Assembly (NCBI RefSeq): GCF_004010195.1
Contig: NC_057756.1
Coordinates: 1,557,476 to 1,619,365 of the forward strand
DNA length: 61,890 nucleotides
Origin: Chiloscyllium plagiosum
Lineage: Eukaryota
Direction of reading: 5' to 3'
Shown: piece by piece, positions 12,581 to 26,018 of the stretch
Layout of the letters: every line of letters begins with the position of its first letter
Position numbering within the stretch: the first letter of the stretch is position 1
Made by a program: the position numbers and the translations under genes
Notes under the pieces: generated by a model
The model's database searches: none
The model's input: only the letters and a program-made list of their open reading frames with translations
What the model was told of the DNA's origin: nothing

Positions 12581-14478
12581 CTGATATTGAACAAAAAACA
12601 AGTTTCAATGGGTAAAGCCAACAGTTCTTAAACTGTTAAACAATATACAAAAATATTCTGAAAAGCATCTATAAGGAATTTGGCCAGACAGACGCCGAGA
12701 TTGTCCCATTTCATTTGTGACATTACTGAAGATGCAATCACTTAATCATTGAACATGAAAAACGTACTTGGATGAAGAAAAAGAAGAACATTCTCCTTTT
12801 TCAGATTCAACACTGGTTCTCTGGCAGTTGCGAGTAAGAGCGTTGTAACATTGCTTTTGCTTGTGTGTCACTTTTTTTTTATCATGATAGTTCTTGATAA
12901 GTCTTTCTTAAACTGGCCATTCGAGAAACAGACTTCGACCAATGGAATGTGCTCCTTCTTAGATGGAATCCTTGTTGTGATATAGTTCTAAGTATTTTAT
13001 TTGTGAATCTTGTTTTTGTTGCTTAGTGTTTGATATTAGTGCTGGCAGAACTTAACTGAACAATTATGCAAGCAATGTGAGGGCTACAAAAAGCCACAGA
13101 CGAGGAATACATATGTGCTCTCTTAACAGAATAAGACTTTACAGCAATTCTGATAATGTGAGCAAATTGTAACTATATCCAATAATTTTATTACACTTGA
13201 AAGTTCGAAGATAATATTAACATATAACATAATCACTCACTGGAAAACAAATGAAATCCGCTGACGCATTTAATGGATGGAAAGTTATCATTTTAACTGT
13301 AATAAAGATGTGAGCTTTTCGATGAACCAAAATGGCTGCCACTCAAGCGAAGCTATCTTTCGAAGCCATTATGTAATAACCCATTCACCGGTGGACAATA
13401 TCTAAGTGCCATATCGCTAAGATACATTATTTTCATCAACACATGCCCAATGAGTCTCCATATGAATAATTTATTCCTGCTGTAATGGAGTGCTGTTACT
13501 GTATGTTCCACTGAACTTTTAAATATCCTTCCATTCGGTCGCATGTATATATAAGTTTCACATTTGAAGCGTTGTGCATGAGGTCATCATATCTCATGAT
13601 AATATTTATGAATTTGACTGCAAAGGTGGAAATGTTGGATTGATAAATGGGAAGAAGTTCTCATGGTACCAAAAAAGCATTATCTCCAGAATCCCCCACC
13701 TCGCCAACCTGAGGTTGCGAAAGAACATGTATTTAATTTAAGTTGATAACATTCACTGCCTTGACCAAACTTGGAAATTAATTGTTACCGAAAATGAACT
13801 TAAAACATTCTGCATTGTCCTGATGTTCATAGTAGGTCAGGTATCACATTCAGTTATTTCATAATCGAAAGAACAAAATAAATATGGGATGTGGAAACAG
13901 AGACTTTTTTTAAAAAAATGCATTGTTCGACCTCTCACAGACTGCTTTACATCTAAAGAAAAGTGTAGCCGGATGATAAATAGGCTGAATTAACTCCATT
14001 GTGCTAAACACTCTAAATTGTCTTTAAAGCATTTAGTGAAGTGATTTGCTTATTTTAATTTAAAAGATAAAGAACATATGTCGAAAACATAATCCTTTTT
14101 ACATGATTTACATGACACAATCCCCAAGCTGCTGGAATGAGGACTGGGATGTTACATTCGTTTCTTCACTGGTATGCATGTATTACAACCCCAAAGTACA
14201 TCTTCGTCAATGCAGTTATCTGCTGCAAAGAGTGTCAAGGTCCACATTCCAAACGCTTTGTAACTGATGCGTGATGTTCTGAATTCCCCAAATGTTTTAG
14301 AAAAACTCTCCAATTTTCAAAGGCAATTTTCTGGGCCTCTATCCAACAGCACCATAGCGTACATGTCAACTCTCCTGAAACTCTGAAATACGTTCCAACT
14401 TTGATTGCGTAAGGCACAGCTGGTTCTTATTCAGAACAATGATCAGGCACTTTCCAGATTCAAAAGGAAAATATTTAC

Positions 14479-14505
14479 CATTCGCCAACCTTTCCACAGC
14501 GGCCT
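14479..14505 (-). CDS. Micro-exon, 27 nt: EAAVERLAN
   Basis: ttaacag|AGGCCGCTGTGGAAAGGTTGGCGAATG|gtaaat; keeps the heptad register. Confidence 0.75.
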
Positions 14506-14919
14506 CTGTTAATTGCAAAGGGAAATGAAACATATTTTAAAATATGAAACACAGGCAAGTGTTAGCACAAGATGCAGATCATTTACATTTGCCACGGGGT
14601 ATATATGCAGTCCATTGTCCACTCAATTAAAATTTTGATTAAAATTGCAAAAAATAATTTTCATTATGAAAGCAGCTTAAATCAAATTGTCATCCCGCCA
14701 ACATTTATATATCAAGATCCTCCGAAATCCTGTCTCTTGTTATCATTAAACGTGATTTTTCCAGCAATGATGGTAGTGTCATCAACAGTTCCGAATTGCA
14801 GATCTTTGATTCAATCGCTACAGAAACAAAACAGAATAATTACTTTTGTATGAGACTAAGGTACACCATTAGTCGTCAGTACAATGCACCGAATGTACAG
14901 GAACAGAGCCAAAAAAATC

Positions 14920-15725
14920 GTAAGATCATAAGAAATAGGAGCTAGAGTAGGCCATCTGGATGATCGATCCTGCCACGCCATTCAATTAACTCATAACTGG
15001 ACTCGTGGACTCAGCTCCACTGACCTGCCCGTTCACCATGAAACATAATTACTTTTCTGATCAATAATCTATCTATCGTTGCCTTAAAAAAAATCAACGC
15101 GGTAACCTGAACAGCTTCATTAGGCAGTGAATCCTACAGATTCACAGCCCTTATCTGAAAAAAATTCTTCTCCATTTAGTCACAACTTTGCTCACCATCA
15201 TATTGAGACTATACCACCAGTTATGGTTTCATGAGCCAATGAAAAGAAAAGCTCCTTACATTTGTTTTATCCGTTCACTGGATAATCGTATAGGTTTTTG
15301 CAAGTTTCCACCTCACATTTTTCGAAATTCCTGTGTGTGCATTCCCGTTGACTTAATTTCTCCACATAATTCAACACGCTCAATTCCGAATTCAAACTAT
15401 TGAACCTCCTTTGCATCCCCTCCGTGCAAATGCATCCTTTCTCAAATAAGGAGACCAAAACATTCTTTAGTACTCCAGTGTGGCCTGACGATCGCTGTGT
15501 ACAAATACAGTATTACCCTTCTGTTTTTAAACTTCATCCCCCCCGAAATGAAGAACAATATCCCATTTGCCTTCTCAGTTACCTGCTGCAACTGCAAACC
15601 AACTTTTTATGATTCCTTCACAAGCACATCCATGTCCCTCTGCTCAGAACACTGTAATTTTTCACGAATTGAATAACAGTCCATTTTGCTGTCAATCCTA
15701 CCATAATTGATGACTCCACATTTAA
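14920..15725 (-). mobile_element. Decayed CR1 3' region
   Basis: Tail taagaaataggagc...gtaggcc; EGMQRRF remnant. Confidence 0.7.
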
Positions 15726-15904
15726 CACAATCTCCTTTGAGCCATCACCACAGTTTTATTTCATTTAAACCACATCTCTACTTTCATTATGCTTCAGTAA
15801 TATTTTTGAAGAAGACAACTACTTCTATTTTGGAATTCATTCTAAGATTTCTCTTTCTAAGACTGTAATTTCTTATTCCATGTGCTTAGCAACATGATTC
15901 TTAC

Positions 15905-15940
15905 CCGTGTCTTGGAGATTGACCTTCAAGGCGTTTATAT
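15905..15940 (-). CDS. Micro-exon, 36 nt: DINALKVNLQDT
   Basis: ctttcatcacag|ATATAAAC...GACACGG|gtaaga. Confidence 0.85.
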
Positions 15941-17921
15941 CTGTGATGAAAGGGACAACACATGAATTTTGTTGGGTCCGACCATCTCAGATTATGACTT
16001 TGGCTAAAGTGGAAGAATTCACGTTCACGCGATGAACTGTTTCATGGAATATGCTCCAAAAATTTGAGTGTTTAAAAAACCTAAAGGAAAAACGAGGTCT
16101 TGAACAGGATTAACATGTCAAGAATGGTTACAAAACATTCCTCAGTAGGTGATATTTACCCGATTACATCAACTTGCTTGAATGGAACAGCAAGTAGCAT
16201 CGAGAATGTAACTGTGAATCATGTTAGTTTTCACCTGTTTAAGTCCAGATAGAATAAAAATCCAATACAGTTCCGTCAAATTTGCAACAAGAGTATGCTG
16301 GGCAAGACGTCTTCCTTTCAAGACTGGGAACACTTAAGCTGGCACTGATGAGAAATAAAGAAATCACAAAAAAACTCTTAAGTTTCTCTATTTTGTTTTG
16401 AACCATATTCCAATGAAGGTTCCCCAGCCTGGACAACGTGCATGAACTAAGATGCAGATCAAAGCAAAGTACATACACACCGGACATATATATTTGAATG
16501 GCGCCATGTGATATATAATATTATAAGCATAGCACTGTCTCTAAAACATTACATCGAAATCATATAGGCGAGATAGGTTGAATGTGTAGCTGTGCAAGTT
16601 TGAATTTGAGTATTGAACAAGTTATACGTTTCACAGATTTTCAACTGTCAGGAGTGTAAAAGGGTATAAGATGCCGTGTAGATAGGTGTGCTATCATCAA
16701 TTAAAGGTGTTGTGTTAATAGTGAATAATAGAATGGGGTTAGTACTGTCTGGTAATAGCGGCATTAATGTAGGTTGTCAGCAGTGGACGATAGCTTACTG
16801 TCGATTGGTGGATGGATGAACTGGTGTGTTGGGGAAATTTCGTTTGAAAATGTGATATTATCGGTCAGCTGTTAGCGTCAGGGCTTTGTCGATGAGCAAA
16901 GAAATATGTCATTACGAAGGAATGTGTTAAAGTGCCTGCGATAGAGTAATATGATGATGACATGCAATGTGACATAGGATATCTTAGTTTATTCTCAGAT
17001 ATCAAGGTGCAGGGTCAGGCTGCATGGTTTTGATGATATTACTGAGTTAGGATGAAAAAAATACAAAATAGTTGATCAGAAAATGTCGATGGTGAGGTTT
17101 CAAGTTTTCAAAATGCAAAGTTCTCTTGCACGTTTTCAGAAGGTCTTTTCTGTAACATTTCATGCTGGGTCGCAGATCAAAATGGGATAGATTGTAACAT
17201 TTCTAATGGTCTATTGGTGAAACAGATTAGCAGCCTACCTGGGACTGAGCTAAAATGATTGTAGATCATTGTCATGTCGCTTATGTAAACCGTTTAATCA
17301 GTGAATCTTGCTGTTTTCACAATTTAGCACTTCCATTTATTGCATCAATGCAGCATTCCAAAGTATTGACTCCAATGAATAATACTGCAGTTTAACAGTA
17401 TTTTGTTTCTCATGAGATCAGTTGGACTATCATGCCACATTTTAATTTTTGCTGTTTGTGAATTCAAATCACAAAAATGAAAGATTCAATGCATTCTGTC
17501 TCATAACGGTGGATTGCTTTACAGCCACACCACACATTTGCAGCAGAGTGCTGAAACATTATTGGTATGAACAAAACATTCATTACAAAACAACTTATTG
17601 AAAGCCGTTCCACAGTTTCTGTTCCTTATCACAAGGCTGGTTCAAACATGCTTTTGAAAGAATAGTGGCGTGAACCACTATGGTTCGGCTGTAACAGACA
17701 ATTAATAAACAATATACAAATACAAATTTATCAACGTCATGGATAGTGATCAAATTAATGGCGCATGCAATCATTAACGCATTAAATAAATAAGTTAGAA
17801 CCTTCTGCTTATTCGAAATCGTTGTGCCTGTTTGATTATGCTTATAGTTATGGTGTGATTGCACATATTTTAGAGAAGGAAAATACATAACTTCAGAGAA
17901 AATGTTAATGCATTTTCCTTT

Positions 17922-18255
17922 TGGGGCATGGTGGCTCACCGCTTAGCACTGCTACCTCATAATACCAGGGACTTGGGTTGAATTCCTGCCTTGGTTAACT
18001 GTTCGTGTGGAGTTTGCACATTCTCCCCGTGTCCGTGTGGATTTCCTCCGGGTGCTCCAGTTTATTCCCACAGTCCAAAGATATGTAGGTAAGGTGAATT
18101 GACCATGCTAAATTGCCTATAGTGTCGGGGCATTAGTCAGGAGCAAATAAAAGGTAGGGAATGGGTGGGTGGGTACTCTTCGCAGTTTCGATGTGGACTT
18201 GTTGGGCCGAAGGGCCTGTTTCGATACTGTAGGTAACCAAAATTAATCGAATCTA
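17922..18255 (+). mobile_element. HE1-type SINE
   Basis: GGGGCATGGTGGCTCA head with A/B-box remnants, GTGTGGAGTTTGCACATTCTCCCCGTG core, CR1-like tail. Confidence 0.85.
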
Positions 18256-18589
18256 ATCATAACAGGAGCAGCTGGAAAAGTCCCTTAATTATGAACTTAT
18301 TGTGATTGAGAAAATGACCTCGAAGATGTGCCTCGACTAAAGTATTCTCCTGAAACGCTTCCATATTTTCTTTGTGTGTATGTGTGTCAATGACATTAAT
18401 GCTATCGTTAAGAACAATAAAAGAACGAATGTGTCACTGTTTTTGCATATCCAACCCATTTTAAATAAATGTAAATCACATGTAACTTTCAAAATTGATG
18501 TTGACGTCCATAAAAAACTATTATTTTAAAAAAATTATCTTTGCATACAATTTAATAACATAAATTATATTTCCGCATCTTTGACTTAC

Positions 18590-18616
18590 CTTTTTCTTTC
18601 TGAGTCAGTTTAATAT
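18590..18616 (-). CDS. Micro-exon, 27 nt: DIKLTQKEK
   Basis: ttccatttgttag|ATATTAAACTGACTCAGAAAGAAAAAG|gtaagt. Confidence 0.85.
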
Positions 18617-19673
18617 CTAACAAATGGAAATGGAGTGAATGTTAAGTACTCAAGTAAACAAATATGACTGACAGATTAGGAGCAATTATTGAGAAAAATC
18701 TTATTTAATGCAACACAAATAAATTCACAAATCCAATAATCACACAAGCGAATTATCCAAATTCCAGTTTATCAAGATGTTTCTGTAATAACTATCTTGC
18801 TAATTTCAATGAGATGTTGCTGGTGCTTGAAGTCAAATGAAAGCAAAATTATGTACAATATCCTGGTTTGGGTTTGGTTAAAATGAACGTTAATGGAATC
18901 GTGCATGGGGCTGATTGGTACCGAAAAAAAACTTATTCAGAAAATGGCTTGCATAAGGTTAAGTTTACATTGTAAAATGGGACATGAACTATCTTTATTA
19001 AATTCTGAGAAAAGTTTGGCTACTGATAGGTATAGTCAACTATTGATGCATTGTGAATGTGAATTTCCATGTTGCCCGTTATGTTATGAAGTGGTTCAAA
19101 GATATAAAAAGAAAACAAACACAAGAAAATGAAGTCTGGTTATAGAAAAGAGGAAGACAAAACACAGAGCCGTGGAGTTTCACTAAACTAAATGGTATCA
19201 CTAAATGAAACTGAAAATAAATCATCTGATGCTTAGAATCGTAATTCAACGTTCCATTTGGAAGTCAAAACGCTGACGTGAACCAGCAAGTAATACATAG
19301 TCGAAATAAGTCATTCTAGCATTTCTGATTTCATGAGGCAATGTACTCGGTTTTCACTCTATTCATTCGTCACAAGTATATTTTCTCATCATCATTACAG
19401 CGATGTACATCCTATTCTTTATACTATCTCAGAATTTAAAACTGAATCAGTAAAAGTAAATGAAAGCCACATCAGAGAAGATGCATTCTTTCTGTGAGCT
19501 GTGCGGCAGCATATACTTTTTTAAACGAAAAATAATGTTTTTTTTTAAGAAGAGGAAAACAAACCAATAGCTTTTCCCTTCGGAGCATGAATATACAAGC
19601 ATATGGATTTTAGCCAAAAGTTGAGCAATGTTGAAAACACAAGGAAGATCGGGCTCATGAACTGAAACCTTAC

Positions 19674-19709
19674 CCGTGTCCTGCAGAGTTTCCTTCAAAA
19701 TCTGTAGAT
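19674..19709 (-). CDS. Micro-exon, 36 nt: DLQILKETLQDT
   Basis: tactttcttaag|ATCTACAG...GACACGG|gtaagg; same exon end and donor as the 15905 exon. Confidence 0.85.
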
Positions 19710-22167
19710 CTTAAGAAAGTAAGTATTAATAATGAAAATAATTCAATTTCACGTGAACATACTTTTATAAATTTCAGGCTGAGGAGATGTACTGCATGCA
19801 AGTTTCATGTCACTAAGCTAAAAAAATTAAAAAAATCAACTCTGAATAGACAAACGACTTCTGAGGCACAGCGGATTCATATTCATTTAAATTATAATTG
19901 CCGAATCAATAAATTCAACATGCAAATAACATCATGACTTGACTGCTGGAGTTATCCATTCACATTTTTGTCATATCTAGAAGAAATGTGAGGTTGAATT
20001 TGATATAGATTGAACAACCACCTCGATGTCCACAAACAATAAACTTCATGTTTACTTTTCCTTAACTGAAATAATATGATTAAAATTCTATTAATTATTT
20101 AGATATTATTACCATCTGAGGAGCATGTTTAATTATACTGTCTAACCTGTAACCAATTGAAAGTACTTGCATCGATCACGTTTTGGTGCATTATTGATGT
20201 AATCATCCTTACTTTCTTGGAACATTAACTACCATAGTTAAAAGCATTCGTGTATTCCATTAGTTTAGCCTTGAAATACAAAACCTAGCTCTGCACGTCC
20301 ACGTATCACACAAACCTTGAACAATCTGTTAAAAAACAAACCTGTACTGTGCTATTTGAGGATGAAAGAGAAAGTGAGGACTGCCGATGCTGGAAATTAC
20401 AGTCGAAGATTGTGGTGCTGGAAAAGCACAGCCGATCAGGCAAGATCCGAGGAGCATTAGAATCGATGTTTCTACCATAAGCCATTAATTGAAATGACCA
20501 GCATGACATGTACTTCGCAGCATAGCATAAAATATTCTGCACGATTGCAATTCAATTACATTCTTGATTTAGTATTATCCTGTTTTATCTCAAAATGTTC
20601 ACAATTCGTTGAGCACTTGCTTCTTTTATTCTTATAAACGTTTAGGAATCGTTACTGAGTCCAACTTGAAGTTACATTGTTCAATACTTATCGGCAGCAT
20701 TTTGTCTGGCAAATACGATAATGCTAGTTTACGCCTTCCTAAATTACTAATTTTCTTTTAGCTCTGATGAGCTCAAATATAACTTTTCTTAAGTCATTCT
20801 AGACTCAATCATGAATTGCAACAATTATTACATAAGATGTGCTCTCTCAGTCGCATTTTTTTCCATAAATATCAAACTAACTTCAAAGATTATCATTAAG
20901 GAAGAGAATTGAAAACCTTAAAGGTCCATCAAAGCATAGCTGTATCCACCTTAGAAATTAATTGAAAGGAAGTCACGCTTCTTTGAGGACTTCGCTACTT
21001 TTAGTGCTGTTGATTTCTGAAATCGATTTAAATTCCATTTCAGTAAATAAGAGCATGTTAAAATTCGGGGCAAATCAAATTTTTGTACCAAAAAACAACA
21101 AAAAAAGCACATTATGAGGAGCAGCATTGCTCGTTGAATAGACACTGCCCTCAAACAATTATAATGTTATATAAATGTTGAAGGATCTTCCATGTCCAAC
21201 ATTTGCTTAAGCACACAAGGCACAATCCATCAGACCATAACGGAATCTTCGTCAGACAAGATGCCTTGAAGGCAGAAAACTCATCCGGAATCAGATGGCC
21301 TAAGAGACCTTGGAGTTTGTTGGTTCTGGTCAGACTGTCGTTAAAGAGTAGATAAATTCAGATAGGTTGAGTGGACTAAACAGGTTGACTATAATCTCTG
21401 TAATTCTAGCTTTGTAACTTAGTCAAATTGAATTGTGAGTTTTCTGGTGCTTGCTACATGAATGCTTAGCTGGTATTTGAGTGATTAATTATCAATATCT
21501 GGATCAGCTAAGCTTTGGTATGTGCTTGGTGTTATTGTCCGCTGTAAAACGTGTCTGCAGCTGTATTGTGGAATGGCACGAGAAAAAAAAAGATTTCAAT
21601 TATGTAATATTTCCTAGCATTTTTCATGATGTATTGCAGATCTTCACAACGTCAGTGTAAAGCAATTCTGAATTATAATATTGAGAAGGATTTTGTTGTG
21701 CACGGGAATTGTTCATTTGATAATGAAAATTCCTGTTCAATTTCTATGCAGAGCATGGCGTGAGGGTATCAGAATGTCTCAGCATGAATTTTGCTTGTAT
21801 ATCCAATCGTTGACCAGAATATGTGGCTCATACGTCTTCTCTATCATGAAGATCTAAAAAAAAACTACCTGAAATATCTGATAATTCTTTAACTCAAAGT
21901 ATGACAATGCTCCACACATATAAAATAGTCCTTAAATTTCCTTTTGTTAGTCAAGACCACTGAAAATTAACTGACAATGCTATATTCTTGGCTCGTTTCA
22001 TTCCTTACTTTTGTTTGTCGAGATTCCTCCAATGTTGTGTAATTTTCCAATTTTATCCAGGATCTATCCCGCAAATGCAATGTTATTTGTCTTGATCTCT
22101 CTACTAGAACTTGCAAAAGACAATAATGATGAAATATCATCGATTCTGTGTGAATTGCTGCGCTTAC

Positions 22168-22194
22168 CTTTCAGTTTTTCTTTGAGGAGGGTCT
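22168..22194 (-). CDS. Micro-exon, 27 nt: ETLLKEKLK
   Basis: gttttgattag|AGACCCTCCTCAAAGAAAAACTGAAAG|gtaagc. Confidence 0.85.
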
Positions 22195-23169
22195 CTAATC
22201 AAAACATAATTAAAATCTAAGTGCATATTTATGTATATTTTGTGCACTGATCCCTGTCAAAACATATTCAGAACTAGCATAGATTCAACACAGAGAAAAG
22301 AGTGAAAGTGAGAAACCGGGCCAAGAATTTTGATCTTGCAGCCAACTGTCGAATATCGAAACCTTAATTAAAAACTCTGCTCGATAATTGCAAGACAACT
22401 GGAAATAATATCAGCAAAATAAATTGCAATACATCTACATGAATTGATCTTACGATAGTTGAACCTGTTTCGTTATACCCAAAGCTGGGTTGCCTTTATT
22501 TTGAGAAGGTGCAGATTAGTAATGTCGAAATAAAACAAAGTCTCAGAGTATCAGGTTAGAAATGAGTTGTGTTGGAAAACGGTGACTGCTTCAAACACGT
22601 GTGTAAAGATCCATACACCAGAGCCAAGAAACTTTAGAGTGTTGTGCGTAGCATAATAAGAAATGAAGGTTAACTTTAATTACAATTGATTGATATGCAT
22701 TGTTGTTACGTAACAATTATGTAATTTCGAATTTGGGTCAAAAATGTAGCTGACACAAAGTTAACCGCTAGGGAGAGACAATATGGATAATGTGCTTTTT
22801 AAATAGTTCAATGCTTCAACTAAAGGTTGACTTTCTTTCCGTGTAATTTCTGGATAAATGAGAATGTATTTTGACATAATTTAGAGGGCTTAAAATATGT
22901 TGAACTCAAAGAATTTTATGTAATTATCAAAACGTCACTGGACAGAAAGATTATGTATGGAAATACAAGACTGAGTGTATAACACGAGTATACCAACTCA
23001 ATAGACACGATGTAATCAATTTACTGTCCAGATTTTTAACTAACATGCCAGTAGTGATGCTACTATTCGTAAATAATCATTATAATCAGAGCAATTCGGA
23101 TGTTCAAATTAATACTCATATTGGCAATAGGGTAATTTTGATAATTATAGTATTCTTATAACGAGACTG

Positions 23170-24150
23170 AGTTCCTTCCAGACTCAAGCACTTGTGCATC
23201 CGACGTTGGTTGTGGAGAGTTGTTTTTTCATACTGAACGCCTGTACCCAGCAGAATTCCAAATCTATTGATGTTGGGTCGACTGTTGTTTGTCATTGACA
23301 TAAATGATTTGGATCAGAATTCAGGAGGCATGCTTAGTAAGTTTGTGTATGACGCCGACATTGGTGGTACAGTGGACAGTGAAGAGAGTTATCTACGGTT
23401 GCAAACGGACCTAGATTTATTGGACAAATTGGCCGAGGGCTGAGGGCTGAGACTAAGTTAATTTGGATGAATGCAGAGTATTACGTTGTAGTAGAACGTC
23501 GAAGGGCAAGATTTATACAGTTAATGGTAAGGTCCTGGGTTGTGTTGTCCAACAGAGGTACATAGAGATTCACTTACACAGGTCTTTCAAAGTAGCATCA
23601 CAGGTATACAGACAGGTTACTTAAGAACACATTGAGCATGTCTACATTCACTGCGCAAACCATTGAGTATCGTCATTGGGAAGTGATATTGATGTTTTGC
23701 AGAACATTGGTGATGCCTGCTTTGGAGCACTGTGTACAATTCTAACCGTTCTGCTATAGGAAGGTTATCATTAAATTCGACAGGTTTCGGAAGGAGGAAA
23801 CATAGATTTTGCTGGGACTGGAAGGTTTGAAGTACAAGGAAAGGCTGGGTAGACTGGGACGTCTTCCACTTGAACGTAAGAGCTTTAGGAGTGACCTTAG
23901 AAAGTTGTAAAGACGTCATGAAGGGAAAAGTAACGGTGAATAACAAAGGTCTTTTTTCCTAGCAGTAGGAGGTTCCCATCCAGAGGTCGTATATTTAAAG
24001 TGAGAGGAGAAACATTTGAAAGGGAATGACGGGCAACTTTTCCACAGAGGCTGGTTCGTATGTGCAATGACTGCCAAAAGAAGCAATCGACTCAGTGCAG
24101 TTCCAGCACTTTGGGGAATTTCAGAAAGATATATGAGTAGGAAAGATTCA
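23170..24150 (+). mobile_element. Decayed CR1 RT/3' region
   Basis: Remnants of LLFVIxINDLD...GMLSKFxDDxxIGG; homologous to 49950-50440. Confidence 0.8.
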
Positions 24151-25095
24151 GATGGATTGAATTGAATTTATTGTCACGTGTACTGAAGCACAGTGAAAAG
24201 CTTTATTTTACGAGCAATAGAGGCAGAGCAAAGAGTTAAGTAGAATAGATAAGTAAACAATAGGTAAACAGCGGTTAAAAAATACCCCCAAAAACACAGG
24301 TAGACGCGAATGTTAAGAGATTGTCAATCCATTCAGTATTTTAAAAACAGTAGGGTAGAAACTGTTTCGAAATCGGCTGGTGCATGTTTTCAGGTTTCTG
24401 TACCTTGTCTCCGATGGTAGAGATTGCAGAAAAAACTTTGCCAAGGTTGGAGAGATCTTTAAGAATACTGGCGGCCTTTCCTTGACATCAGACCTGATAG
24501 ATGGATTCTATAGATGGAAGATTGGCCTTTGTGATTGTCTGGGCTGAGTTTACCACTCTCTGTAACCGTCTCCGATCTTGAATAGTAGAGTTGCCATACC
24601 AGGTAGTGATACATCCAGTCAGAGTGCTCTCGGTGGCGCACCTATGAAATCTGGCCAGTGTATTTGCTGTCATGCCAAACTTCCGCAGCTACCTGAGGAA
24701 GAAGAGACGTTATTGGGCCTTTGGAACCAATGCATCCACATGAAGAATCCTAGAAAGCTTGTTGTGGATGACAACTCCGAGGAGCTTGACACCCTCCACT
24801 CGTTCCACCTCTGTGCTGTCCATGTGACATGAGTAACATCCACCGAAAGTCAATAATGATTTACTTGGTTTGCCTGCATTCAGAGCTAGGTTGGTCTCAG
24901 TGCACCATTGTCCCACATCTTCCACTTCCCGTCTGCAGTTTGTTTCGTGGTTATATGAGATTCGATCGACTATGGTGGTGTCATCAGCAAACTTGTAAAT
25001 GACATTATTCTGGTATTTGGCGACGCAGTAATAGGTATGCAGTGAGTACAGTAAGGGGCTGAGTACACACTCCTTGGGTGCTCCAGTGTTGAGTG
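24150..25095 (-). mobile_element. Rex1/Babar-like LINE 3' part
   Basis: QWCTETNLALN, GCITTWYGNSTIQDRRRLQRVVNSAQTIT; (TTGAA)n tail on + at ~24156. Confidence 0.8.
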
Positions 25096-25982
25096 TTAGT
25101 GAGGATAAACCTCAGTAAAATAGTTAAATCTGGGAAACTTGGTCAGTGTTGGCGAGGCGGACCAAAGAGTCTGTTTCTGTGTTGTATTACTCAAAGACTC
25201 TCGGACGTAAGTTCTTTCATTTGACAATCTCAGCATAATTGTAAAAAGTGGCTTGTTTTCATGTGGTTTCTTTAGCATCTAGGTTTACACTTTGTACGCA
25301 GCCTGATCTTACTGAAGTAGCACGAAGTATCACATCCGTCCATTCTTTATACAGATAGTTAATTCCTACAATGTTAATTGTATTATTATATTTGATAAAT
25401 TTCCAAGAAGGAGTATACATGGTATTTCGCTGCATGCCATCGGTTTTGCTTAGCTTCAAATTGCACCAATAACACGTAGCACACAATTCAAAAAACATTT
25501 TTTTAATATATATTGTTAATTTTACGGACAGCGATGTTTTTAATCTCCATGAACGCGTTTTGAAAGCTAATTCTGATGCTTGTAGCTTTGGTTAGTTGTG
25601 ATTTCGAAATCAATGGTGATGAGTATCTTGCTGATGAAACTTATAACTATTGCTGCAATGAAAATAGTAAAGTGCATAACTCTTCTACTGAGTGCATTTA
25701 GGGAATAATTGACAGTGCAGAAAACTATCGAAGAATGCCTACGGAGAGAATGGCGACCGGGTCAGTGTGGGTCATTAAAATGTTTTTTTTTTCCCTCATG
25801 CTGATAACTATTTCGAGGTTAATGTTTCCCTAGAATTATAGCGCTCACGATAGTCATTTCATTGCATTAAATTCAGTCGACTGCTTTAAGGGAGAACAGA
25901 GAATGCTCTTGTTTGAAAATAGCGCACATATATATACATTTCAAGTATTTCTATGGAAATTCGAAGTTGAACAAACACTTAC

Positions 25983-26018
25983 CCAGTTTTTGGCATTCGT
26001 CCCTCGTTTTCTCTAATT
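25983..26018 (-). CDS. Micro-exon, 36 nt: ELEKTRDECQKL
   Basis: aatacag|AATTAGAG...AAACTGG|gtaagt. Confidence 0.8.
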
